From: Camelus dromedarius
Taxonomy: Eukaryota
Direction of reading: 5' to 3'
Assembly: GCF_036321535.1 (NCBI RefSeq)
Contig: NC_087447.1
Coordinates: forward strand, 34,970,001 to 35,034,000
DNA length: 64,000 nucleotides
In this document: piece by piece, positions 1-12,988 of the stretch
How the letters are laid out: each line of letters starts with the position of its first letter
Position numbering within the stretch: the first letter of the stretch is position 1
Program-made: the position numbers and the translations under genes
The notes under the pieces: model-generated
What the model was told of the DNA's origin: nothing
Databases searched by the model: none
What the model saw: the letters and a program-made list of their open reading frames with translations, nothing else

Positions 1-3000
1 GTACAAAGTCATTTGTGATCAAGGTGGATGTGTAACCAGCACAGGCTTGGTCAGGATTCTAGTCCCAGGTGGAGGAAAGAGAGCTGCAAGGGTGGACAGG
101 GCTGCAGTCCTAGAAGGCAGATGACCGAGACCAAGACTCTGCCTGGCAGGGCATTGGGCGAAAGGCCAGGCACTGGGATTGGACCAGTGTCAGAGCCAAA
201 CAAGCAGCAGTGAGGCTGAGTGTTGTGAAAACTTTTAACAATAATATTAGTTACTATTTACATAGCATACTCTGTACTAGGAACTCTTACAAGAGTTTTA
301 TGTTTTCTGGTCTCAGTAATACTTGTGTTTGCTACTACTGCTGGTCCATTTTACAAATGAGAAAACTGAGGCACAGAGAGTGTGAGTTAAACTCCTGATC
401 TCCTCCAAGGCTGGCAGCATGACCGCTCTCATTCTCAGCTTGAAATCAGCCATGATAGGAGCATTTACACCAGGGAAGTCGGCAAATGCCACAAATTGTG
501 GCTATTAAAATTTTTTATTAAAAAAATTTTTTTTCTGAGAACCAATTTACTAGCACACAACTAGACTCATCCCAGAGCCTCCATGGACCTCACCTGTGGG
601 AGAGAAGGCCTGTATTAACTGAGAAGCAAGCAACGCCTGACACACTGGATGATGACAGCATTTTTAGGAGCTTAACGGGCCCTGTCTAAGCATTCTGCAC
701 GCATGTCATGTAAAAACTTCGTGTGAGGGTCAAAATTAACTTCTTCTCCATAAGTAACCTCTCAGGTGTAGACACAGTTATCCCCGCTTCACAAATGAGG
801 AAACTGAGGCACGGAAAAGTCAAGTATCTTACTTAAGATCAGGCAGCCAGTGAGGGAGCCTTGGTTCATACTCAGGGAGCCCAGCCCCAAAGCCTGAGCT
901 TTGTGGCATCTTTGATGAGCCATTAATACACAATCGAACTCTAGCCCATTTTTCATTTATTTTTTTGAGAATATATCTTGAATATCTGCATGGTGTCAGG
1001 TAGAGTATTAAATACAGGAAACAGAACATTCACATCAGAAGCTGTACACCCAGTGGTCTCAATAAAGCCTGGGCCTGCTGTGGAGGCAAAGTGAGTTTGA
1101 AGCCTGCTTCTGCCAACTTACCAACTGGGTGACCTTGAGCGAGTGACTCAGTCTCTCCAAGTCCTAATATCATGTGTAGGAGGGGGAGGAGAACTGTGTT
1201 TAGCTCATAGGGTTGTAGTGAGAAGTGAATAATGATGTCATGCACACACAGCACCTGGCACAGTATCTAGCTCTCAGGACGCGCTCGAAGGAAGGAGGCT
1301 GCCTTGACTGTAAACCAGTTTGTGTACAGGTAGCTCCGTGTGAGGTGGGGATACAGACATCAATAGATAATCACCAAGCAGAGCATGAGAACAGAAGAGG
1401 AAGATAGCCAGTTCTTCCTTAGGGAGTAAGGGGGTTTCTCCTGAGGGAGGGGTCACATTTGAACAGGGTCTTAAGGGTTTTCCAAGCAGACAAGGGAAAA
1501 GAGGGCTTTTCCACTGAGGGGGAAAGTACATCCCAAGGCATTATAGGTAGGAGTGAGCGTCAAGCAGAATGGAAATACCGAAACACCTCCCTCCCCAAGA
1601 GGTGTGACCATGCCTTCACATTTGTAATTGCCTGTTTTCTTGTAAATTAAACGTATACCTGGGGAAGGGGGTTGGTTGTAGAAACGGAGCAGAAGGGGGT
1701 GTTTTCAGAATCTGAGAGCAGAGGGTTAAAACAGATGACCTTTGAACTCTGAAATCCCTTCTCTTCCATTGATATTCCTCTGGACTCCTGTTCACCACAC
1801 AGATAGGACTGTCTGCAGTAGATACTAATCAGCACAGATGAGCTTGGCCTCCATTGGTGACTGGCTGTGGTGGGAACTCCCTCACCACTTGAAGGTTGGG
1901 CAGCTTCTGCCCCAGGATCCCTGGACCAAGGCTGTTTCCCTGGTACTGGGAGCGCCCTCTGCTGGTTCACTGCTGCTCCACCACTTCCACCTCAACCTTG
2001 ACAGCCCCAGAATTGAAACGACCTTAAGGAAAGGCCCGTGAAAGTCATTAAATTCAATTCCTTTGATTTTCGTTTTTGGTTACTGAGACTCAGGTTAGCG
2101 GAAGTGATTCGCCCAGAGTCACACCGTGGCCTAGGACTAGAACTCAGGGCTGCTGGGTCTTTAGCCACAGAGTGCATTTTTTCCTCCAGTGATGGAGCAC
2201 AGCTGCCACCTTCATGCACAGTGTCCACTCCAGCCAGTCTCCCAAGGACAGCTCTCTGGGGCTGCTACTTCAGGTGGAGAAAGCTGAGGTCAGGGTCCAG
2301 GGCAGGACTTCCTGTCACTCTGTTCCTGGAAGACACACAAAGCTAATGGCCCCACAGCAGCGAGCTCCTTCAGAGCCATGGGAAGTGGAGTCTCCCTCAG
2401 GCTCCTTTGCTGACTCACCTACTGTGTGAGTCCAGCAGAGTCATTTTACCCCCTGAGCCTTAGTTTCCTTATCTGTAGAATGGAAGTGCTGCCCCCAAAG
2501 ACCTATGGCGAGGGTTTTTAAAAGAACATCTACAATGCAATTGCTGTAGTCTGCTGTTTCATTCATGTTCACTCTCTTCCTGATTTCAGAGCATTGTTTT
2601 CAGCAAAGGCTGAAAGCAAGAAGAAAAGAGAGCTTAGGAATATGGGCAGTGAGGGGCAGATCTGTCATTACTAGCTGTGTGACCTTGGCCAAGTCACTGC
2701 ACTTCTCAGAATCTCCATTTTCTCATCTAGAAACTACAGGTAATGATAGCATGTTCTTCCTAGGGCTGTCGTGAGGATTAAGGTCTGCCATCCGTCTCTG
2801 AAAAGAAGAGGAGAGGGGAGGAAAACACAAAGGAAGAACATCCCAAATGAGCACCTCAGTCCATTTCCCTATCCATACTCCCTTCCCACATCCCCTTGCC
2901 AGACAGAATTTCTTTCTGTTCCTTGAGAGTGCCCCACTTTCTCTCACTTCCAGGCCCATTCATGTGCCTTCCCTCTGCCTAGAACACCCCACCTGCTCCT

Positions 3001-3984
3001 CTCTCACTCCACAGCTGCTGACCCCTGACTCCTCCTTCAGTTCTCATCATAGATTCCTTCCTGGGACTCTTCCCTGACTCCTCTGTCTCATTCGGGGCCT
3101 CACCTGCACCCCCACAGCACCCCCACAACACCCTACACTTCATCAAACAGGCCACCTGTGTCCCATTGCCTTTTGTTACCTGTACTCCCCCATTATGCCT
3201 TGAGAGCCTACAGTCCATTGTATCCCCAGGGCCTCACACTGTGGCTTGCACGTAGTAGGTGTTTGGTAAATACTAGTTGAAGAAATGAATGTTCCAGTCC
3301 CTGAATCAGGTAAAAGATGGAAAACTCTCTTACCCCTTTGCAGTCTGGGCCCCTCCAGCACCTCCATCTTCCCTTCTCTTGGGTGTCTGCCATTCCCACA
3401 CCCATGCCCCTGTCTCCCACCAACAGAGCATGATGGAAGATAAGTCATCATTCATCTGGGTACATCCCAACAGAGAACACTCAGACCCTGTGTTTAGGAT
3501 CCGGAACGCTCTGAGTTTGCAGTCTGCTCAGACGTGGGGACAGATGGCTGGACAGTGGACAGCTGGGCAGGGAGGGTAGGCAGCTTGGCAGGATGGAAAT
3601 AGCAGTGAACTAAGCATTGGGAGCCCTGGGCTCAGAGCCTATCTGTTCCACGAGTTTGCTGCACGCATCAATCTGAGCTCTGTGGTTGCCGGCAACAGAA
3701 ACTGACTGACTTAGGCAGGAAAGCTACTTGTTAGAAGGCTTTGGGCTCTGACACAGAATGACAGGTAACTGATCACTGGTCTTGGGCCATCCCTGGGGCA
3801 AGGGACAGGCAGAGCACTTGGGGAAGAGAGAGTTAACTCCCAAAGGGAACTCTGGATTTTTAACTACCTGAAAATAAGTGTTCACACACTGTGTGACCTG
3901 AGGCAAGTCACTTAACCTCTCTTGCCTCGATTTCCCCATCTGGATGTTCTGAAGCTGGCCTCTCTCTTCCATTCACATCTCCAG

Positions 3985-4073
3985 TGTGCCTTCTGCTGAG
4001 AAAGCTTCCTGCCCTGGCCCCGGATGGCACCCTTCCCCATCCAGACACTTTGGGAGGGATGATGAGGGAGCAG
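3985..4073 (+). other. PTPN5: Probable PTPN5 5' exon (equivalent of the human exon carrying the MNYEGAR start); non-coding here; 5' boundary uncertain
   Basis: Ends ...GATGATGAGGGAGCAG|GTGTGT, resembling the end of the human exon encoding Y-E-G-A-R as recalled. A pyrimidine-rich CAG acceptor ends at 3984. It lies 5.8 kb upstream of the SERENH exon. TGA codons at 4060 and 4063 are in the PTPN5 frame. Confidence 0.5.
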
Positions 4074-5371
4074 GTGTGTGCTTCCCTGTGGCCGCCCTAG
4101 GGAGGAGGGCAGGGCCTCTCCTTCTGCATGCTTTGCAACTCATTTGCATGAGGTAGTCAGCCTGGTTTTCTGTGAAGCCAACATGTCCTCTGCCCCTGCA
4201 CACTGAACATGCTGATGAAAATCTGGACGGCATTATGGGTCTCTTTCTGGCCATGGTCTGACCGCCTTCTCCAGGTTAGGAAGCTCCTAGCTAGATTCTG
4301 TCCTCCTAGAGCCCCCAAAGCCACTAATCCTAAGGCCCTGCCACTGCCCTCCATTTGACCTTTAACTTGTACATCAACAGGCTTGAGCCCTGAACACCTG
4401 GGATGCAGAGGTGACAGGGGGTAGGGATATTCCCATGTCACTGGATGCCTGGTGGGAGAGGCAGGTGCACAAACAGCTAACTATAGCAGCAGAACCAAAC
4501 AAGAGACAGAGAGGAGTATGAGCCCAGGGTGTGGGGGAGCCCGGAGGTGGGAGATCAGCCGGTGCTCCATAGAAGAGGTAATGTTGAGAATGAGTAAGAT
4601 TTGGCAGGAGAAGGAAAGGAAATTCCAAGCTGAGGTAACAGCAATAACAAAGACTTAGAGAAGTGGGAGTGGGCAGGTTTGATTCAGAAAATAGAGATGT
4701 CTGGAGGGGTCAGGGCTTCAGGAGAGTGACAGAGCTTCGTGTTGACAATGTGGGATGTCTGGAGGGCCCTGGGGAGCATGAAGCCCAACGTAGAAGGCAT
4801 GTCTGCCTGGGGTTGGGTTGGAGGTTCCTGGGGCCTCAACCTTCTACCCAGGAATCCTGGTTTCAGCATCCCAGCTCCTCCTTGCCCCTCACCCACCTTG
4901 GAAGAAGGTGCCAGCTCCTCTGCCTCCCTCCCCAGACCTGTCAGCTATTTCTCTGCATACGTCCTGAGCAAAGCTGGCATCCGCTCCAGGGTGCATCCTA
5001 ACAGCACTCGCCCATCCACCTGCCCACCCACCCTCCCACAGCAGAGGTGAGGTGCTCCCAGCCCATCTTAGGCAGGCCTCTGTTAGAATGCTGCACCCAG
5101 CCCATAGCATTACAGGTTCTGTGTCTCCCCCACCAGCCACAAGTTCCAGGAAAATAAGGTGGGCTGGTCCAGGCCGGGTCTCTAGCACCCAGCCTGGTGG
5201 AGTAGCTGGGGGTACATAATACCTTCCCACACAAATGGACAAATGATAGTGATGACATTCAGGCTTCTAGGGGCCTAGAATCTGACCACCTTACTTTATA
5301 GATGAGGCCTCAGGGGCCCAGGGTGAGAGAGGATTGACCAAAGTTGTAAGCTTGTTGGGAGCAGAGTTTAA

Positions 5372-5858
5372 AAGTTGTTTGTAGCAGCACTATTCACAAT
5401 AGGCAGAAGTGGAAACAACGCAGAAGACCATCATCATCTGATGGATGCATAAAATGCAGTCTATGCATAAAGTCAAATACTATCCAGCCGTTAAAAAGAA
5501 TTGAATACTGGTATATGCTACAACTGGGATGAACCTAGAAAATGTTACGCTAAGTGAAAAGAGCCAGACACAAAAGGCACATAGTATCTGATTCCATTTA
5601 TGGGGAATATGCAGAACAGGCAAATCCGTGAGAGACAGGAAGCAGGTTAGTGGTTGCAGGGGCTGGGGAGGGGGGAATCGGAGTGACTCCTTCATGGTAA
5701 GGGCTTCCTTTTGGGCTGATGAAACTGTTCTGGAACTAGATAATGGTGGTGGCCACACAGCATTGTGAAAATATTAAAAATGCCACTGACTTGTATGTTT
5801 TCTAATGGCTAAAATGGTGAATTTTATGTTAAGTGAATTTTACCCCAATTAAAAAAAA
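5372..5858 (+). mobile_element. Old L1 3' end (L1MB-like)
   Basis: Typical L1 3' motifs (GCAGCACTATTCACAATAG, GATGAACCTAGAAAATGTTACGCTAAGTGAAA, GATTCCATTTAT) ending in an A-rich tail. Confidence 0.8.
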
Positions 5859-8449
5859 GGACCCGTTTGGGACCAGATCAGCTGCCACCAGCTGGGTCTA
5901 ATGTCCATTCCTCAGACATGTACTGCTGTTTGCCCTTCCTGTTGCAGACCTGGCCAGCCCAGGGATGGGGAAGCCCGTGGCGTCTCTCAGTTCCGGGGAA
6001 GCCTCCCAGTCATGTGGAGGAGGGATGCCCTGCTCGGGAGGCAGGATTCCCAGCAGTGAGGCCTGCTTCCTGCTCATGTGCCTCTGTGGAGGCCTGGCCT
6101 CCATCACTTCCCCACCCTGCTGACCAGCCTGCTTCCAGTTAATCCCAAATATCCCAGACATCTCAGGCCTCCGTGCCTTACTTCTGCCATTTGCACTCTG
6201 AAGGAAGTCCTTCACTTGTGACCCATCATCCACCTGGAGACATCCTTTGAGAACCAGCCCTATCATGCCCTTCCAGAAGACTCCCCCGACAGCCCCCTCC
6301 CAACAAGACAAGCTGAGCGCCCCAAGGTGTCACGTGCATACAATCTATTAAAGCAGGTGTGGGGTCTTCCCTGGAAGACTGGCGGCTGTGGAGGGAAGGG
6401 CCTGGCTTGTTTGTCATTGTGTTCCTGGGAGAACTCTGCTGCTTGCTCACAGGAGGTGCTCAGCAAATGCTTGTTGAATGAGGGGTGGTGGTTTGGAAAA
6501 GTTCTTTTCCACCCCCACCCCCAGACATTCTCCGTCAGTGAGGGAAGGACAGGCAGGGTGATCGCCAAGTCCCTTTATCTCTGGGTTTCTCTGGTTTTGA
6601 GAGCAGCAGTGGGGGGCCAGCCCAGCAAGTTGCTGCCGTGGTCACAGACCAGTTTTCTGGTCCTGTTGCCTGGCTGAGAGAGGTGGGGAAGGAGCGAGGA
6701 GGAGCCTGCAGTCATCTGCTACAAACAGGCTTTCTTCTCTTGGTGAAGAGGATGGAGGGCAGTGCCCAGAGACTGGTCTTCTCCAATCAGCCTGAACGGC
6801 CCATCTCTTCTCTTTGGAAATCTAATTAAAACCCTCCTCCGAACAGCCTAGACATGCAGACTTTGGCGAGGTTGCCTGGAGCCCTTCAACTCCAGGGCCG
6901 AGAGCAGGCTCTTGCTGCATTTTCCTCTACAGATGAGAGGTGCTACTCTTTCTGCTTTCCTGATTATGAAATTAGTCATTTTCCAGGAAGCTTATTTATA
7001 GAGTCTGCTGCACACATGCAGTGCTGAGCTATTCTGAACACGGCTTGGGGCCTGGGAGGCTTAAGGTGTGAAAGCAGCTGTGAGTCACACACGGGTCCCC
7101 TTCCAGAGGTATCTGGATACCGGGGTTACCTTTTTGCACCCAGCCAGGGGCCAGGCCTCTGGAGCCACCCTCCAGCGGGGACACTCTTGCAGATCAAGAA
7201 AGAAAACTCTCCGCATCAGGAGGTAGGGGATAGGTGGTCTCCATCCCAGTTCACGTGGCCACCCACTCGGTGTATCACCTGGGGCAAGTCAGATCTCTGT
7301 TCTGTGCCTCCATTTCTGCTAAATGAGGGGCCTTCCAGATGTGCGATTCTGTGCCTGCTCTGGGTAGCAGCTGTGGAGGAGGGTTCCGGAGACCTGCCAC
7401 AAGGCAGCTCAGATAATGGCCGTGTTTGAGGTTCCTGATGTTTTTTTCAAGAAGGTCAGGGCAACATTCATTTATTCAACAAGTGTTTATTTATTTATTG
7501 AACACCTGCTATGAGCCAGGCACTGTGCGAAGCTTTGAAGGTACAATGGTAAATAAAACAGAAGTGGTGGTTCCTACCCTCATGTCACTTACACTCTAAT
7601 GCTAATCAAAGGCATGAGTTAATATGAAACTTCAAATTCTGTCAAGAGCTATGAGTAAAAAGTACTGGGAAGTAGAGCTCAGGGGCTCTCCAGTCAGGGA
7701 GAAAAACATGTGCAGAGGCACTGTGAAGGAAGGAACCCATCCGGTACAGCTCGGTACAGAGTGCAGAGGTTAAAGGGGAAAGGGGCATGAAATAAGGTTG
7801 GAGGGGTAAACAGGGATCAGACCATGCAAGATCTGATAAACCATGTCAAAGGATTTTTGTCTTTGTTCTAAAAAAGTGCATTAAAGTCTTTTTTAAGGGA
7901 AGTTGTATGATAAATGCTGCGTTTTGAAAGAGCTGATTCTAGCTCAGGCCTGCCCCATCCAGTTGCACAGGTTATAAACTGCACAACCTATGAAGCCAAA
8001 TGTATCAAAGCCATGTGGAGAATGTTTTGGAGGCCATCCTGAGTGGGAGCTGGAGACCAGCTAAAAGACTGCCGCAGTAATCTAGGCAAGAGATGCGGCC
8101 CTGGACCAAGATGTAGGTGGTGAAGAGGGAGAAAAGTGGAGAGACTCCGGAGACATTTAAAGGGCCTTGAAGATAGTAGCACTCTCTCTGCAGGAGAGCT
8201 GGGCTCTGGGATTTGGGATTCTCAGAGACCCTGCCAACTAGAGTGAGGGGAAAAAAATGCAGTGCCGGCTGAGACAAGAAGATGTCAAAGTGAAAAGGGT
8301 CATCCTTAACCCAGCCTGTGTGCCCTTAACTGTATCAGATCTGCAGCTCAGCCTGAAATCAGCCTCAGGACCAGTCTGAGAGGTAGGAGTGCAGGGCTCA
8401 TGGGCAGAGAGGCGGCTGACCTCTTGGACTTTTTGAAAGTAGTATGCTA

Positions 8450-9110
8450 GCAAGGCTATAATAAAGTTTCTTTTGGTTGCCAGTTTCGGAAATCAAATCC
8501 TGCTGGCTTAAGCTAAAATGTTGGAATTTATTGGAAGGATCCTGGGGCATCTCATGGCCTTGACAGACAGTGTTGCCCAATCAAGACTCAATATGGGCAG
8601 GAATGAAGCCGCTCCGAGGCCCTGGGCAGCAGATGGTTTTGGACCTTCTCTCCAGGGCACTGTGGCTCTAGGCCTCCAGAATGCATCTGAAAAGTGCAGG
8701 GAGTTCAGGGTTTGCAGATACTAACTACATATATAAAATAGGTAAACAACAATGTCCTACTGTAGAGCACAGGGGACTATATTCAATACCTTGTAATATC
8801 CTATAATGAAAAAGAATATGAAAAGGTATATACATGTATATGTATAACTGAATCACTATGCTGTACACCAGAAACTAACACGACATTGTAACACAACATT
8901 GTTGACTATGCTTCAACCAAAAAAAAAAAAAAAAAAAAAATGCAGGGTAGAGGATCTGCTTGGCCCAGCCTGGTTGATGTGTCCAGCCATGGATCAGTCA
9001 GCTACTGCCAGGGGTCAGACATGAAGGGCAGGCAGAGCCACACACCTGCACAGCAGGCCATTCCCAAAGCCGGAAGCCCTGCATGCAGCACAGTTGCCCT
9101 CAGGATATGT
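8450..9110. mobile_element. MaLR LTR (MLT1-like) interrupted by an L1 3' end
   Basis: MLT1-like motifs (GGCTTAAGCTAAAA..GGAATTTATTGGAAGGAT; TTGGCCCAGCCTGG..GTGTCC) flank the L1 insertion. Subfamily not certain. Confidence 0.5.
8702..8940 (+). mobile_element. 5'-truncated cetartiodactyl-type L1 3' end with a 22-nt poly(A) and TSD
   Basis: Contains GTATAACTGAATCACTATGCTGTACACCAGAAACTAACAC and a pure A run 8919-8940. Direct repeat AAAA(G/A)TGCAGGG at 8690-8701 and 8936-8947. Confidence 0.8.
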
Positions 9111-9945
9111 CAAACTACAAACACTTTCTGGGCTCTGGCTAATCTCCAGCAACCTTCTCCCAGCTCACTGGGTAAAGGAGAAGAGCTAGACCCCAGCACA
9201 GTCCTGGAAGGTGACCTGAGGAGCTAGAAAGAGAGTTTTCTGATTTCAGAAAGAAATAGAACATTTAGAATATGCAACTGTATATACAGCTCCGTTTTCT
9301 AGCTCTTCCTGGAGACGAGGTTTGCATGCCACTTTTTATTACACAAGGCACAGGGAATGTGCAAAATGTGGGGAGGTGGACACAGACTGTCTGTTACCCA
9401 AATCCCTCTTGCTCACCCATGGTTCAGACCCATAGGAACTAGGAGGCAGAACTGCACAGCAGTGAGAGGGAGCCTGGAGTCCTAAACTGTAATTTCATGC
9501 CCAGCTCCAGCCTAATGAGCTGTGTGACCTTAGGCAGGTTACTGAACTTCTCTGAGCTGCTGGAATGATCCCTAACTCACGGAGTTTTGATGAAGACTCA
9601 GTGTGATAAAGTCTGTAAAGTGCTTTGTACATAGTAAGCCCTCCTTCCATGGTAGAGAAGGTGGTGATGCTGCTGCTGATTATTCCACCTGGAAGACATC
9701 TGTAGAATTCTGCTCTTGCCTGTGCGGCTTGACTCCTCCGTAGGTTGGTCTTTGCCTCAGTTCCCCCTAATGGGATGGAGTTATTTCAAGGAACACAGAG
9801 CAAGAAAGGAAGGCTTTTTTTTTTCTCTTTGCTTAGGGTTTTGTCTGGATCCCGGCTCAACAGCCTCATCTCACATTTTTCATCCTGCTGCAGGAGTGAG
9901 AGAGAGAACCACACTGCTGATGACTCCGAGGGAGGGGCCCTGGAC

Positions 9946-9970
9946 ATGTGCTGCAGCGAGAGGCTGCCAG
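9946..9970 (+). CDS. PTPN5: PTPN5 (STEP61) first coding segment, MCCSERLP(G); whole exon is 9894-9970
   Basis: Acceptor CTGCAG|GAGTGAG at 9893 and donor CCAG|GTGAGT at 9970. The exon reads SERENHTADDSEGGALDMCCSERLPG, recognisable as PTPN5. Confidence 0.9.
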
Positions 9971-11149
9971 GTGAGTCTTCCCAGCACCCAGGTGCCTCCT
10001 GACCTCCGAATGGAGGGAGAGCCCCTGTTGGCACTGGGGCTGGAGGAGAGCCTGGAGAATCTGTGCATTTGAGAGGAGTGACTCAGCTCGTCCGTGGGTC
10101 TTCGTTTAAATGGGGATTTGTTTTTCTAATCCCTGTTGTCTTTCGGACCTGTTATCATTTGTAGCTGCTCTAGGCTCAGTTGGAGGGGAGAGCAGGCTGC
10201 TGAGGGTGTGCAGGAGGGTGGAGAAAAGGGTGAAGGGATGGGGAGTCTGGGCCTGATTGGGACATGACCACTGACCAATGGTGTGTTGGGCAGACTTCAA
10301 AAGGTAAGATTAGGAAATACAACCTGACTGTGGCATGAACCAAAAGTGGGATGGATGATGTGGAGAAATTTCTTGATAGTTACGAAGCCTCTGTCATGAT
10401 CTGTGAATGTCAGATCATGCTGCTTGAGCCGGGTTGACTGTATTGTGGGGAGCGTGGTATCTGGACCACGGGCCATTGCAGTCACTGCAGAGACATCACC
10501 AAGGCAGACTGCCCATGGGGTGGCAACTCGTCCCAGTTGTAGGCCAAATACCCAACTCATGACGAGCAGCCTTGGGAGGAATGGAAGAAGGAGGGCAGGG
10601 ACATTTTTTGTGTTTTTTAATTTTTATAAGTGTTATTGTTTTTTTTCTCCTTATAACAAATAATCATTGTAGAAATGTTAGAAAATAGAGACAAGTGAAA
10701 AAAAGAAAAGAAAAAACCCCCATGATCCTATGACACTGCATACATTTTCATATCTCTCCTTCCAGACCTTTTTGTTAAGGAAAAAACAACAGCTCTTGAA
10801 TTCTAATTTTGAAGTCTCAAACATGTATCTTGTGAGAAACCTCATGACTAGCGAAGAACCTGAGGGTCTAGTCTTCAGTGACACTCTTTTAGATAGACGT
10901 GGGAAACAATTAGATGTGACTCTAAGGCAATAACTCTAAAATAAACGGTTGTTTTAGTCACCCTGTGAGCCAGTGCCCCAGCGCCCCAGCTACTGATGAA
11001 GTGCCTCAAGCATCCCGGTGAGCATGGAGCCCTTTGATGCAATTCACACCTTATCCAGTAGGGGGTGCCCAAAATACTTCTGGCGGCCTGTTGAGATGGT
11101 CAAGGATGGATGCCATCGCATAGGAGTCTGCCGGGACCTGAAACGGCTG

Positions 11150-11510
11150 GCTTGAGGAAAAGAAGTCTCCACATCTCCAAAGGGATGTGAGAGCTGTCTG
11201 CAAACATCTGAAAGGCTGTCTTGTGAAGAGGAGAGCATGTTCATTCTGTGTGTGTCTTAGGAAGAGGGCATATATTTCATACACAGAAATTAAAGAGAGG
11301 ACTGTTGGCCCATGGGATGCAGAACTTTCTGACTCTAAAAGTAGTCCAGTCATGGAACTTGATCACTCGGGGGGAAGAAAATGAGTGTTCCATCACTGGA
11401 GGCATTCAAGTATTGCCTGGATAGACATTGGAGAGGAAATTTCCACAATGGGTGGGAGGTCGCAATGACATCACAAGTCCCTTCCAACTATGAAACAGCT
11501 CTGTGATTCA
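11150..11510 (+). mobile_element. CR1/L3 LINE 3' fragment
   Basis: AAACATCTGAAAGGCTGTC, CCATCACTGGAGGCATTCAAG and the terminal GTCCCTTCCAACT...CTGTGATTC are typical of L3 3' ends. Confidence 0.65.
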
Positions 11511-12119
11511 GATATGAGTCATAGAATTCAGAGATGATTCTACAACCAGGGATGGCCCCACTGGCTAGAAAAACTCCACAGAAAAATAGGACATGATGTA
11601 TAGGAGTTCAGAGAGTAACCTGGTGTGGAGAGAGCATGGGGTCTGGCCTTTGAGTCTGGCTGTTCTGCATATGGGCTGTGGGTTTATAGACAAGTCACTT
11701 AGCCTTGCTGGTCCACTAGTCCTTTATTTGCAAATGGAAACAACAACAATATGAACATTTACCCTCATAAGGATTAAATCAACGTAATCACACAAGCATT
11801 TATTCAGCAGATACTTAGAGAGCACCTACTATGTGTCAGGTACTATCCTGAGTGCTTGGGATACAGTGGTGAATGAAACATAGTCCCTGCCCTGCTTTGG
11901 GCTGTTTCTGGAAAACAGGGTGAAGCCACCGCAGAGAGACCACAGTAATACATATGATATGTTTAATTCCAACCTGCTCTCCCATTCTGCCCGAAAGCCA
12001 ACAACCAACATAGAATGGGAGAAGAGTATTGGTCATCTCCACTGGACCGCACACGTTGTCTTCCTTGTGGGGCAGGCACTGTACTATGTGCTTTTACAGG
12101 TACGCAGGAGGGCAGGGCC

Positions 12120-12988
12120 ACTCATTTCTGACACTGCCTACCAGGAGATAGCCTCAGATCCCGCAGGTAAAGGGCTCAATCCCACAAGCCCGCCCTCCAC
12201 TTCAGACACCAGTCGCAAGCCCAGGTTGTGACTTGTGCCTCTGACTCACCACAAATTTGAGGTTCTGACAGTTGCCTTCAACTCAAGACGCCAATTGCAA
12301 GTCCATGCTATTACCTGTCCTTCTGACCAACTGGTTATCTAGCAGGGGTTCCCCTAGCCCCCTCCTTGGGTTCAGTTAGTGTAGAACAACTCACAGAACT
12401 TGGAGAAACACTTTACTGACTACCAATTTATTATGAAAGGATATTAAAGGATATAGAGGAACATCCAGATGGAGGAGATGGCACAGGGCAAGGCATGGGG
12501 AGAAGGCACAGAGCTGCCATGCCGTCTCCCAGCACCTCTCTCCCCACCTGTCCACGTGTGCACCAGCCCGGAAGCTCTCCGGGGCCTGTCCTTTCGGATG
12601 TTTTTGGAGGCTTCATTACATAGGCGTGATTGACTAAATCGTTGTCATTGTTGAATGATTCAACCCCCGGCCTCTCTCCCCTCCCTGGAGGTCGGGCTTG
12701 GGACTGGAAAGTTCCAGTGTTCTGATCACATGGTTGGTTCTCCTGGCAACCAGCCCCCACCTTTGTGCGATCCCACAAGTCACCTTCCCTGAGGCATTTT
12801 TTCGGGAACTGAGGACAAGAGACCAAATATTATCCCACTGCTCTTATAGCTCAGGAAATTCCAAACGCTTTGGGAGTTGTGAGTTAGGAACTGTGGATGA
12901 AGACCAAATATATATAAGAAATACATATTTTAATTATCTGAATGACCAATTATGTATTTCTTTTAAGTCATAAGTCACAATATCACAA
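12120..12988 (-). mobile_element. Solo LTR, MER21-like
   Basis: MER21-type motifs (CAGATCCCGCAGGTAAAGGGCTC, GGAGGCTTCATTACATAGGC, GATGAAGACCAAATATAT, terminal CACAATATCACA). Confidence 0.7.
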
